Assembly (NCBI GenBank): GCA_902514645.1
Contig: CABXRO010000004.1
Coordinates: 474 to 64,473, forward strand
DNA: 64,000 nt
Direction of reading: 5' to 3'
DNA from: an uncultured SAR86 cluster bacterium
GTDB lineage: Bacteria; Pseudomonadota; Gammaproteobacteria; Magnimaribacterales; AG-339-G14
In this document: positions 28,799 through 37,728 of the stretch, in pieces
How the letters are laid out: every line of letters begins with the position of its first letter
Numbering within the stretch: the stretch's first letter is position 1
Notes under the pieces: generated by a model
The model's input: the letters and a program-made list of their open reading frames with translations, nothing else
Database searches by the model: none
What the model was told of the DNA's origin: nothing
Made by a program: the position numbers and the translations under genes

Positions 28799-29842
28799 AT
28801 GGAAAATAGAGAAACAGTGCTAGTAACGGGTGGTTCAGGATTTATTGCGTCTCATTGCATTATTCAACTTGCTGCAGCGGGTTACAACATAAAAGCGACA
28901 GTAAGAGACTTATCTAGAACTAATAAACTTAACCAAACGCTTTTAAGCGGTTTAGAAAAACACGAAGGAAAATCAGATCTTTCGGTAGACTGGCAAGTAG
29001 CAGATTTATCATCCGATGAAGGCTGGGACGAAGCAGTTTCAGGATGTGATTATGTTCTCCATGTTGCATCGCCAATTGCTATGCAACTTCCTAAAGATGA
29101 AAATGAAATGGTTAAGCCTGCCGTTGAAGGTACTCTTAGAGTTCTTAATGCCGCTTCAAAAGCAGGGGTTAAAAGAGTAGTCATTACCTCTTCTGTTGCT
29201 GCAATAATGTATGGCACAGACAAACAAGGTGTCTTTAATGAAGAGGATTGGACCAATCCAGAAAGCAAAACTACGAATATTTATGCCAAATCAAAAACCT
29301 TAGCAGAAAAGGCTGCTTGGGAGTTCATAAAAAAAGATACTTCTGGCATGGAAATTTCTTCAGTCTTGCCCGCGATGGTTTTTGGCCCAATTTTAGAGGA
29401 AGACTTTGGAGTAAGTGTGGGTGCAATTTTAGATATGATGAATGGCAAATATCCAATTGTTCCAAATTGGGATATGGGTGTTGTTGATGTAAGAGATGTC
29501 GCATCACTTGAATTATTAGCTATGACGAAACCTGAAGCGGCAGGTAAAAGATTTGTTTGTTCTGCAGAAAATATGTTCATGAAAGAGCAAAATGAATATC
29601 TTTCTAAGATTTTTCCAGAATCTGCTTCAAAAATTCCAAAAAGGGTTGCGCCTAACTGGCTAATAAAGCTTCTAGCACTTTTCCTGCCTGCGCTTAAAAT
29701 GATTGCTGAAGGTTTAGGCAAAGAAAGAAATATGGACTCCTCACAAGCAAGAAATTTATTAGGCTGGAATCCAAGATCTGCAAAAGAAGCTGTCAAATCA
29801 GCTGCTGAGAGCGCAAAAGAGTTTGGCCTTATAGAAGACTAA
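28799..29842 (+). CDS. extended-SDR NAD(P)-dependent aldehyde reductase / epimerase family protein
   Basis: VTGGSGFIASH Rossmann motif and YAKSK catalytic YxxxK. Confidence 0.8.
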   Translation: MENRETVLVTGGSGFIASHCIIQLAAAGYNIKATVRDLSRTNKLNQTLLSGLEKHEGKSDLSVDWQVADLSSDEGWDEAVSGCDYVLHVASPIAMQLPKDENEMVKPAVEGTLRVLNAASKAGVKRVVITSSVAAIMYGTDKQGVFNEEDWTNPESKTTNIYAKSKTLAEKAAWEFIKKDTSGMEISSVLPAMVFGPILEEDFGVSVGAILDMMNGKYPIVPNWDMGVVDVRDVASLELLAMTKPEAAGKRFVCSAENMFMKEQNEYLSKIFPESASKIPKRVAPNWLIKLLALFLPALKMIAEGLGKERNMDSSQARNLLGWNPRSAKEAVKSAAESAKEFGLIED

Positions 29843-29847
29843 TATTT

Positions 29848-30636
29848 TTAAGTTACAAAAAACTGCCTATCAGGGTTATTAGCTTCTTCTTTATCAGAGA
29901 AAGGTGGATATCTAACAGCGCCATTAGGAGCATATTGGAGAATATATGATTTTCTTGTTATTTCAGTTTTGTTTGGTCCAGTGCAATGAGGGGTCAATGA
30001 GGAAAATACGACGATATCGCCTGCTCTAGCTGGAACCGGTATAGCTTTTGAATCATCAAGCTTTATTTTGTAACCTAGATCAGTGACATCATGCTTAAGC
30101 GTTCCCATTTTATGTAATTTTGGAATTACCCATGGACAGCCATTGGTTTCGTCAGTATCAGTCAGAGGAATCCAACAAGTTAAATAGTCTTGAGGACTAA
30201 CAAAAGTATAGCCATTATCTTGATGCCAGGGAAAATCTTCTTGAGTATCTGATTTCTTGTAAACCGCTTGATCCCAATATAATCTTGCGCCACCGCCGAT
30301 TAAATCCTGACACAAACCTTTAAAAACTCTATGCCTTGCAAAGGATTTAAGAAATTTTGAGTGCAGAACTAGATGAGTGGTGAATGTAATATCGTCAGCT
30401 CTGGAAATTAAAAACTTGCCATCTTTGTGTTGACGCAAATCTTCTGTTACTTTTTCTTCAAAAGGATCTATTTCATTTAGAACTTGGTTAATTTCTTCTT
30501 GTAAAAAAACATCTTTTAATAAAAAAAATCCTAGCTCGTCATAATGTTGAACTTGCACTTTAGAAAGGAAGGTAAATGGGGGTTTCTTTGCTTGCCAGAC
30601 AAAAGATTTATTCTTTTCATGTAATTCTATTTTCAC
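29848..30636 (-). CDS. phytanoyl-CoA dioxygenase (PhyH) family Fe(II)/2-oxoglutarate oxygenase
   Basis: WHQDNGY (HxD) and distal LTPHCTGPN His. GTG start overlaps the upstream small-ORF stop (GTGA). Confidence 0.75.
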   Translation of the reverse strand: MKIELHEKNKSFVWQAKKPPFTFLSKVQVQHYDELGFFLLKDVFLQEEINQVLNEIDPFEEKVTEDLRQHKDGKFLISRADDITFTTHLVLHSKFLKSFARHRVFKGLCQDLIGGGARLYWDQAVYKKSDTQEDFPWHQDNGYTFVSPQDYLTCWIPLTDTDETNGCPWVIPKLHKMGTLKHDVTDLGYKIKLDDSKAIPVPARAGDIVVFSSLTPHCTGPNKTEITRKSYILQYAPNGAVRYPPFSDKEEANNPDRQFFVT

Positions 30637-30812
30637 GAATCTAAATTAGTTTTTTCAACCCAAAACTCTTCAAAAAAATCTCCTTTTACAGGTCTCTCTT
30701 TATACAAAGAAGTGTAATATCCCCCGAAAACTTTTCCATCTTGAATATCTGAGGAAGGTCTTTCATCGCCAATTTCAAAAGGTTTGCCTGTTTGAGGATT
30801 TAATCTTTTCAT
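30633..30812 (-). CDS. 59-aa hypothetical protein (below the ORF-track cutoff)
   Basis: Hand translation MKRLNPQTGKPFEIGDERPSSDIQDGKVFGGYYTSLYKERPVKGDFFEEFWVEKTNLDS. It exactly fills the gap between two operon genes: ATG lies 1 nt after the upstream stop, and its stop overlaps the downstream GTG. Confidence 0.35.
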   Translation of the reverse strand: MKRLNPQTGKPFEIGDERPSSDIQDGKVFGGYYTSLYKERPVKGDFFEEFWVEKTNLDS

Positions 30813-30813
30813 A

Positions 30814-31347
30814 TTATCTTCTTGATTTTAGGGCAATTTTCTTAAAATCTAAATTTCTAAAAGTAAAAGAGGTCTTTTTCATTAATCCTCCAAATTTTGA
30901 ATTCCAATCATAGTGAATACCTAAATCTTCTTTTTCGGGAGGTGAAATTGTAAAAGTAATATCATATAAGTCATCGATTTTACCCGGAAGCTTTATATTT
31001 TGAGCATAATGTAAGTTATCAATTAAATTAAGGTGTGGGGTTAATTTAATCTTTTTTGAAGATCCATTTTTACTTTTGATTTCTGCTGAAACATTAAGAT
31101 AAGCAACAAAACTTTTTGCTGGAGCTGAGGCACTATTATCATCGGTCCATTGAGCAAGCATTTCTATATGTATATCAGTATCTTTTTCAGCTAAATGTAA
31201 GTTTTTTGGAAAAATTATATCTTTTGGAGCGCCCTCAAAAATTAACTCAATACCTGGTTGAATAATTTTTTTTCCAATGATCATTTCTTCGCTAAAAAGA
31301 GGAGAAAAAAATATAGTAAGTAGAAAAAATAAAGTTTTATTGGACAC
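30814..31347 (-). CDS. periplasmic FetP/P19/Tp34-like metal-binding protein (Iron_transport-domain-like)
   Basis: Signal peptide. The blocks GIELIFEGAP, TDIHIEMLAQW, FVAYLNVSAEIKSK, LHYAQNIKLPG and ITFTISPP align with my memory of FetP/P19. Confidence 0.5.
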   Translation of the reverse strand: MSNKTLFFLLTIFFSPLFSEEMIIGKKIIQPGIELIFEGAPKDIIFPKNLHLAEKDTDIHIEMLAQWTDDNSASAPAKSFVAYLNVSAEIKSKNGSSKKIKLTPHLNLIDNLHYAQNIKLPGKIDDLYDITFTISPPEKEDLGIHYDWNSKFGGLMKKTSFTFRNLDFKKIALKSRR

Positions 31348-31349
31348 TT

Positions 31350-33068
31350 TTAACTCATCAAGCTAAGTAAATCGAAACATGAAAAGAATTTTTTAATTTC
31401 TTTTTCGTGTTTAGTGCTAGTAGTTTTCTCAAGCATTAATTCGGATAAAGTTTTTTTGCCACTTAAGACATCGAACCACGAATCTTTACTCAATGAAATG
31501 CTTAAATCTACATCTTTAGCTTCCCTGACTAACGCAATTGAATTTCTGATTGAATAAGTTACGGTTTCACCGTCGTCAAAGCATATTTTTATATTCATAT
31601 CTATTTCTGAAGCTTTCTCAGGAATTAACAATACTCTCAATAATTTTAACGAATTAGAAGCTTTTCGTCTTTCAAGCTCTCTTTTATTAAAACGATGACT
31701 CCTAAAACGGCTCAGATTTAAAGACTGATCAAGCTCCAATGCTCTTGTAATACACCAATTCCTAATATTAGCTGCTGTAGTTGAATAAGCTATTCCTCTT
31801 AAAGCAACTGATAAACGTTTTCTATCTTCAAGCTCTCCTGCGTCAGCAATTCCTTGATCATTTAATTCTGATCTTACTAACCATGAAGAAAGCTCTACAG
31901 CCCAACGATAATCATCTTTTTGTAAAGCATCATCAATTATATTTCTAACTTTTTCTTTTCCTCCAAATCCTGCAATAAGTCTTTGAGAACGTTCTGGAGC
32001 AGGAATTGGAAAAAGATTAGCCTCGTCTTCATCAAACCAGCCGAATAGTCCTGTATATATCTGTCTTACATGATGTTCTACGACGCCGTACAACTGCTGC
32101 GTAGTGTAATGTTGTTTAAAATGAGAAGGCAATTTGATAGTGCTTATAGTTTCGTTTAAGGTCAAACCCTTGTTAGCAGATCTAACGGTTTGATCCCATA
32201 AAAATTGTAGAGAATCTCGATAGTTAGTAATAATTTTTTTTATTTCTTTTTTTCCTTCGAAAGGAGGTCCATGTGCACCAATTAACTTTTCTGCGTTAAG
32301 GTCGGATAAATGATCCAGCCCTCTCATCATTATTCTTGGATCTCTATATTCTTCTCCTCTGATCGCAAAAATATTAAATAAAACTGGCCAAAGAAGATTA
32401 TTAATTGCTAATTTAATGTCGGGAAACCAAATGGTAATGGAATCCGTCGCATCAGATGGTGCAGGATAGAATTCTACCCTTAAACCTGCAATTGATACTT
32501 TTGTTGGAACATCAAAGGTATGTTTTGGAGGAATATAACCATTTGTAAACGGAGCATGTTGAGGATTTCGAAAAAAATTTCCTAACCCTAAATTAACAAT
32601 ACCATCAGGGCCCTCTTGAGGCATGGAAGTCGCAAACTGATGAGCCAAGCCTCTCGTTACTCTAGGGGCAACCTCCCCGCCGAATCTATCTAAGTTTGCT
32701 TGAATACCTTCGTGTCCCCAGATTTCTAAATTTTTATTTTCGTTGACTAGTGTTTGAGTGCCGCCAACATAATGAAAGTGGGTGTAAATACATGCAACAA
32801 CCGGAGCTTGAGTATCCTTTCTTACTTCCTTTAAGGCAGCAGCCATTTCCTGATTGCTTTCACCCGTATCAATGCAAATTAAACCTTCAGGACCTTCAAC
32901 AAAAGATTGATTGGAAAGACCATTACCGATCAAAGACCAAGCTTTATCTCCAACTTTATAAAGCTTTTTTTCCAAGCGTTTGCTGTGTTCCAAAGTTGTA
33001 GGATGAGCCAGTTGCCCTTTGGGACCTATTTGAGTAACTCCTGGCTTAAAAGAATCTTCTATGCTCAT
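31350..33068 (-). CDS. alkyl/aryl-sulfatase-like protein (MBL + dimerisation + SCP2-like C-terminal domain) with a degenerate metal motif
   Basis: 572 aa and colinear with the SdsA1/BDS1 architecture, including DYRWAVELSSWLV and an SCP2-like tail. Has THFHYVGG where the family has THxHxDHxGG. No signal peptide. Confidence 0.7.
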   Translation of the reverse strand: MSIEDSFKPGVTQIGPKGQLAHPTTLEHSKRLEKKLYKVGDKAWSLIGNGLSNQSFVEGPEGLICIDTGESNQEMAAALKEVRKDTQAPVVACIYTHFHYVGGTQTLVNENKNLEIWGHEGIQANLDRFGGEVAPRVTRGLAHQFATSMPQEGPDGIVNLGLGNFFRNPQHAPFTNGYIPPKHTFDVPTKVSIAGLRVEFYPAPSDATDSITIWFPDIKLAINNLLWPVLFNIFAIRGEEYRDPRIMMRGLDHLSDLNAEKLIGAHGPPFEGKKEIKKIITNYRDSLQFLWDQTVRSANKGLTLNETISTIKLPSHFKQHYTTQQLYGVVEHHVRQIYTGLFGWFDEDEANLFPIPAPERSQRLIAGFGGKEKVRNIIDDALQKDDYRWAVELSSWLVRSELNDQGIADAGELEDRKRLSVALRGIAYSTTAANIRNWCITRALELDQSLNLSRFRSHRFNKRELERRKASNSLKLLRVLLIPEKASEIDMNIKICFDDGETVTYSIRNSIALVREAKDVDLSISLSKDSWFDVLSGKKTLSELMLEKTTSTKHEKEIKKFFSCFDLLSLMS

Positions 33069-33079
33069 TCAAGCCCTTG

Positions 33080-34978
33080 CTACTTATTACTTTTTGATTT
33101 GGATGAGCAACTTGGAGGGAGATTAATCGTTGGATTTTGATCAAAAAACCCGACCGGAATTAAATGAAATCCACAATATTCTACAGGCATTACAGGCCAG
33201 TCCTCTGGACGTGGTAAATGCGTAACCCCAAATGTAAGCCATGTAACTAAATCGCATTCGCTTATGTTTCTGTCTTTGGCCGTAATCTGTTCTAAACCAC
33301 CTTCTCCAGAATGCATTACCGTATGTCTGCCGCCACCAAATCTTTCATTGTTCTGAAAAGGTGTTGCCCAAATATTATGTTTTGCAAACGCAGCTCTCTT
33401 TCCTGGAGGAGAATTAGGATCAGAAAGCAGAGTTGGTGTATTTCCGTAAAGTATCTTGTAGGCTGTCGGAGAACCAACTTTATTTAACTTGTTGGGATTA
33501 GCAATTTTCCACGTGCGGCTTTTTTCTGGAGCGATGTTCCTCTGAGCCTCGCTCTCCTTAGTTAAGTGCTTGGAGACAGCTTGAAATTGAGTTCCTTCTG
33601 GATTCTCATTATTTATTGGCAAAGGTTCAACATTTGTTTCAAATAGCTGATTTTCACCGTCATCTAAGTCCCAATCGATCCTTACATTAAAAAGATGTTG
33701 GTGAATCGGAGAGGCCAATTCAGGAGAAATTTTAAAGTCTTGTCCTGACTTGTGAATATCTTCATGATAAGCACTTATACCAACTACGCCTGTAAGTTTT
33801 ATCTCCAATTGGATCGTACCGTCTAAATACAAATACCAAAATATGCCATAGTCATAGTTACCAATAGTTGCAAAAGAACTTACTACAAGACGACGTGACC
33901 GCCTTACCTCGTTGTACCCCATTTGAGTGGAATCATTATGTTTCCATTGCACCCCATAATCTTCTTCGTGAATACATATTGCATTCTCAATTGTTTCAAC
34001 AGATCCATCAAAAGCTAACTTCTGAGCATCTAAATAATAAATTTCACCCAGACAATCGCATCCTAAAGTTAAAGAATTTGTCATTGTGCCAAATCCATAT
34101 TCTGTTCCATCGTGTACTGCCTTCCACCAATGCATTGGGTCGGATGAGCCATAAGGAACTACCATATCTGATAGCCCTGCTCTATAGAATATTGGTCTAT
34201 CGTTCAAAGAGACTTGGTGCAAGGCTAAGCCCTCAATAGGATCGATAGAAGCTCTGAGTTTCCAGCCTTCCCAAGAAATTAAGTTATCTTCGACCGAAAA
34301 TCCAACGCCGTTTGGTTGAGTGATGGAAATTTCTTTTGGGTTTTCTCGCAAGGATTTTTGACCGTCTTTATCGTACCTAGCATGAGCTTGAGGAATCTTT
34401 ACAAGACCATGATCTTCAATTTCAACAACTTTTTTCTCAGTGAGGTCTACATGAGCAATTAGACCTTGAATTGGCCTAGCATAAGCATTGTCCTTTTCAC
34501 TGTCTTTCAAAAAAGATATGGCTTTAAGAGCTCTACTACCTTTTTTTATATTCTTGTTTACAAAACCTCCTCCAGGCCAAGGATCTATCTGAATGAGATT
34601 TAGGTCCTCTATACCTCTTTTCTTTAATGCTTTTTGATAATTCTCGTCTTCCATGGTGAGTTGGATTGCCATGAAAATCTCATCTAAGGTATAAGTTGGG
34701 CCTGCATTATTGGAGATTATCTCTTCTTTTAGCAGTTCTTTTGTTGAAAGATTTATATCTGCCTCGAAGCCAATAGATTTTTGATTTACACCTACGATTT
34801 TGACAATCCTTTCTAGGTCATTGTTTTTTTTAAGTAGATTCTTATCAGGCTCCTCTAAGGAAATATAACTGAAAGAAGAATTTTCATGATCTAAGTTATT
34901 CTTTTTGAGTATCGATACTGCATTAGAAATTTCAGCAACGCTGAGGTGACTTAAAGGATGATTGCTTTCTTTTGCCAT
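33080..34978 (-). CDS. tynA: copper-containing primary-amine oxidase (topaquinone enzyme)
   Basis: TPQ consensus TIGNYDY. Cu ligands HQHLFNVRID and a distal THLPRPEDWPVMP. No signal peptide. Confidence 0.9.
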   Translation of the reverse strand: MAKESNHPLSHLSVAEISNAVSILKKNNLDHENSSFSYISLEEPDKNLLKKNNDLERIVKIVGVNQKSIGFEADINLSTKELLKEEIISNNAGPTYTLDEIFMAIQLTMEDENYQKALKKRGIEDLNLIQIDPWPGGGFVNKNIKKGSRALKAISFLKDSEKDNAYARPIQGLIAHVDLTEKKVVEIEDHGLVKIPQAHARYDKDGQKSLRENPKEISITQPNGVGFSVEDNLISWEGWKLRASIDPIEGLALHQVSLNDRPIFYRAGLSDMVVPYGSSDPMHWWKAVHDGTEYGFGTMTNSLTLGCDCLGEIYYLDAQKLAFDGSVETIENAICIHEEDYGVQWKHNDSTQMGYNEVRRSRRLVVSSFATIGNYDYGIFWYLYLDGTIQLEIKLTGVVGISAYHEDIHKSGQDFKISPELASPIHQHLFNVRIDWDLDDGENQLFETNVEPLPINNENPEGTQFQAVSKHLTKESEAQRNIAPEKSRTWKIANPNKLNKVGSPTAYKILYGNTPTLLSDPNSPPGKRAAFAKHNIWATPFQNNERFGGGRHTVMHSGEGGLEQITAKDRNISECDLVTWLTFGVTHLPRPEDWPVMPVEYCGFHLIPVGFFDQNPTINLPPSCSSKSKSNK

Positions 34979-35012
34979 AGGGAAAAGTATATAAGATTAA
35001 AAGGAAAGAAAA

Positions 35013-35321
35013 TTACTTCTTTTTATTTACTTCGTAAGCTTTTGAATTTTTTGGGAAAGAACCTCTAATTATTGATGCGCGCTTAAGAATTTCGTCATAT
35101 TTTGTGCATTCAAATTTTCTAAACTTCATGTAGTCACTTAACATATCTTTCATATTGAAGCTTATAGGAGCTCGATAAATTAGAAAACATGCATCAAACT
35201 CTGTTAAATCTTTGAACTTTATTGTTTCAATGACAGGCGGCTTAACTTTTTTTTCATCTTCTGTAAAAACAGAAAAACTAAAAAGTAATAATGTAAGAGA
35301 TATGATTTTTTTAATAAACAT
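35013..35321 (-). CDS. small exported protein, function unknown
   Basis: 102 aa. Signal peptide IISLTLLLFSFSVFT and two Cys. Lies 34 nt upstream of the amine oxidase gene. Confidence 0.5.
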   Translation of the reverse strand: MFIKKIISLTLLLFSFSVFTEDEKKVKPPVIETIKFKDLTEFDACFLIYRAPISFNMKDMLSDYMKFRKFECTKYDEILKRASIIRGSFPKNSKAYEVNKKK

Positions 35322-35580
35322 TTATTATCACAAATAATTTTTTTATAAGTTTAAATTAGTAGAAATATCAGTCAAGAATGTCTAATCTAAATTATATGGA
35401 TAGAAATGAACGGTTAAGCCGATCAATCCATGCAAGACAAAGAAGGGCTCGTTTAAGAAAAACGCTCTCGCAAAGAAGCGATAATTTATATGCCCATCTT
35501 GTTAGATTGAGACAAAAAAAAAGAAAATTTCATATAAAGCATCCTATTGCTCATTAAATTAAGTAATGATGTTAAGGCCT

Positions 35581-36441
35581 TTAATGGTCTTTGAGATTTT
35601 TTACCATTTTTATTAGGGGTTTTAGATGCATTGAGTCTTTCTCGCCAAAAACACTTAAAATATCTCCTTTCTCTTTTTTTCCATAAAAGTCCAAAATTGC
35701 TTTTTTATAGCTCTCTCTCTTTTTTAATAATTTCCAATAGGTAGCTATATTTGGGAGATCGTCTAACTCTAGAATTTTTTCAAGTTTTAAGTCGGCGAGT
35801 CGATGAAAACAGCACATTAGATTGATATCTATATGAGTAAATTCACCCAAAAAGTAAGGACCAGAATTTTCTAAATCTTTTTCAATATCTATTAAGCTTT
35901 TAACCAAGGTTTTGTAAGAGCTTTCTGCAACAGGCTTTTGAATGTTGAAGAATTTCATAATGAGAAAAAATCTTCCTCTATCCCTTAAAGGATGTTTCCA
36001 AAAAACTTTCAATGCTTGAAAAACGGTTAAATATTTTTTTATCATAAAGTTAATCAAGATCAGAGAGAAAGGAGGAATTGCCGTTCCCAAAGTTTTTCCT
36101 AAAGGAACTCCCTCTGTAAGAGTTGTGTCTTCTACCCAAGAATTTAATTTTTTTTGATCTACATTTAAAGGCCACAAATCAAGATCGTTATTTCCGTGAA
36201 GGAGATTTAATTTTTTTATAATATTGGTACTTTCAGTCACTATCTCGCCATCAATATCTAAAGAAGGAACAATGCCTTTTGGATTGATATTCAAATACTC
36301 AATCGAAAGATTTTCTCCATCAGGGTATTGATCGCAAAGCTTGATTAATTTACTTTCATAGGAAAATCCTTTTTCATGCAAAGCAACTCTAACCATTTGA
36401 CTGCATAAAGACCACTTAGCATGATATAACTTCAACTTCAT
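35581..36441 (-). CDS. glutathione S-transferase-like protein (GDAP1-like long form)
   Basis: Thioredoxin-like N-terminus KLYHAKWSLCSQMVRVALHEKG ... GIVPSL and an alpha-helical C-domain. Confidence 0.65.
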   Translation of the reverse strand: MKLKLYHAKWSLCSQMVRVALHEKGFSYESKLIKLCDQYPDGENLSIEYLNINPKGIVPSLDIDGEIVTESTNIIKKLNLLHGNNDLDLWPLNVDQKKLNSWVEDTTLTEGVPLGKTLGTAIPPFSLILINFMIKKYLTVFQALKVFWKHPLRDRGRFFLIMKFFNIQKPVAESSYKTLVKSLIDIEKDLENSGPYFLGEFTHIDINLMCCFHRLADLKLEKILELDDLPNIATYWKLLKKRESYKKAILDFYGKKEKGDILSVFGEKDSMHLKPLIKMVKNLKDH

Positions 36442-36488
36442 TTTTCCGGTCTTGCTGATTGAATTTTTTTGCTCGTGAACTTTTAAGG

Positions 36489-37292
36489 TTAATGTATCTC
36501 AACTTTGAAGTCTTTAGAAAAATAATTTTGTAAGTTTTCTCTAACAAGCTTTGCCCAAATTTCATAACCCTTTTCATTAAGATGCAACATGTCTTCGATG
36601 TATAGTTCAGGTCTAGGTTCATTTTTCTCGGATAACATAGGAGGAGAAACATCGACGAATACAAGATTCTTTTCTGCATCTGCAAGAGAACTCACAGCAT
36701 TATTCCACTTTATTTGTCTAGGCCTTTGGTCAAATCTACTTGGAGAAGGTTGAATGCTTATAGCAAAGACTAAAGTGTTTGGAAGTTTCTCTTGAACAGA
36801 ATTGTAAAAAATTTTAAATTCAGAAAATACATCTTCAGGAGTGTTCCAGCCATTAATATCATTTGTCCCACAAAAAAAGATAATCGCTTTGGGCTCGTAG
36901 GGAAAAACGATTTTATCTATGTGGCGATTGATATGTTTGGTATGAGCGCCTCCAAAACCCCGGTTAATAACTTTAAGAGGAAACATATCTGTCTGTAAAG
37001 TACTCCAAAGTCTAATTGAAGAGCTTCCTATAAACAAAAATTCATCTTTTGGAGGAGGTGAGATTTTGTCTTGCTTAACAAAATTTTCAATGTCCTCATC
37101 AAATCCATCCAATCTGTTATAAGTGCGAATTCTTTTTACCCAGTTTTTTACTTCCTCGTCGTTTAGTTCATAACCAAAAGCTTTAGCTTCTTCCTTAACA
37201 CGATATTCCCAGTATTCTTCATAAGAAAACCAGGCTCCAAATCCTAAGGCAAGTAAAATGCTAATTGAAATTAAAAAACGTCTTTTGCTCAT
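36489..37292 (-). CDS. membrane-anchored SGNH/GDSL-family hydrolase
   Basis: N-terminal TM. Block I FIGSSSI, block III CGTNDI, block V DMLHLN. Confidence 0.7.
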   Translation of the reverse strand: MSKRRFLISISILLALGFGAWFSYEEYWEYRVKEEAKAFGYELNDEEVKNWVKRIRTYNRLDGFDEDIENFVKQDKISPPPKDEFLFIGSSSIRLWSTLQTDMFPLKVINRGFGGAHTKHINRHIDKIVFPYEPKAIIFFCGTNDINGWNTPEDVFSEFKIFYNSVQEKLPNTLVFAISIQPSPSRFDQRPRQIKWNNAVSSLADAEKNLVFVDVSPPMLSEKNEPRPELYIEDMLHLNEKGYEIWAKLVRENLQNYFSKDFKVEIH

Positions 37293-37347
37293 TAATAAAT
37301 ATTTATGTTTAAATAAATGTATATGCTATCAAAAAATTTAATTCTTT

Positions 37348-37728
37348 ATGTTGGATAAGATTTTTCTATTCATATTTGGGGTCGAGTGGTTTAGCTTCGG
37401 AGTACTCGGGCTTTTCTTTCCGGAAATTATTTCTGATATGATCGGAATATCTCAAACTTCAGACTTTTTCTTGAGTGAAACACGTGCTTGGTACTCTTTC
37501 TTTACTATCCTTGGGTTAATGTCATTTTTAAGTATTTACCGCATCAGGCTCAGAAAGAAGGTTTATCTGACCTTTGGAATCTTGATGGGAAGCTTTCTAA
37601 TTGGAAGAGCCTTGAGCTTTATTCTTGATAATAGCTTTGGTACTGGAACAGCAATTGCTTTTGTTAATGAATTTATCGTATTTGTCATTGCTTATTGGCG
37701 ATATACTAAAAGAGACTTTATCTTCTAA
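37348..37728 (+). CDS. small four-TM membrane protein (possibly DUF4345-like)
   Basis: 126 aa and hydrophobic. Its stop overlaps the start of the next gene. Confidence 0.45.
   Translation: MLDKIFLFIFGVEWFSFGVLGLFFPEIISDMIGISQTSDFFLSETRAWYSFFTILGLMSFLSIYRIRLRKKVYLTFGILMGSFLIGRALSFILDNSFGTGTAIAFVNEFIVFVIAYWRYTKRDFIF

Noticed and set aside
36416-36685. 89-aa ORF bridging the SGNH hydrolase 3' end and the GST-like 5' end
   Set aside because: It overlaps two well-supported genes on the same strand in another frame. It has no start context or recognisable features.
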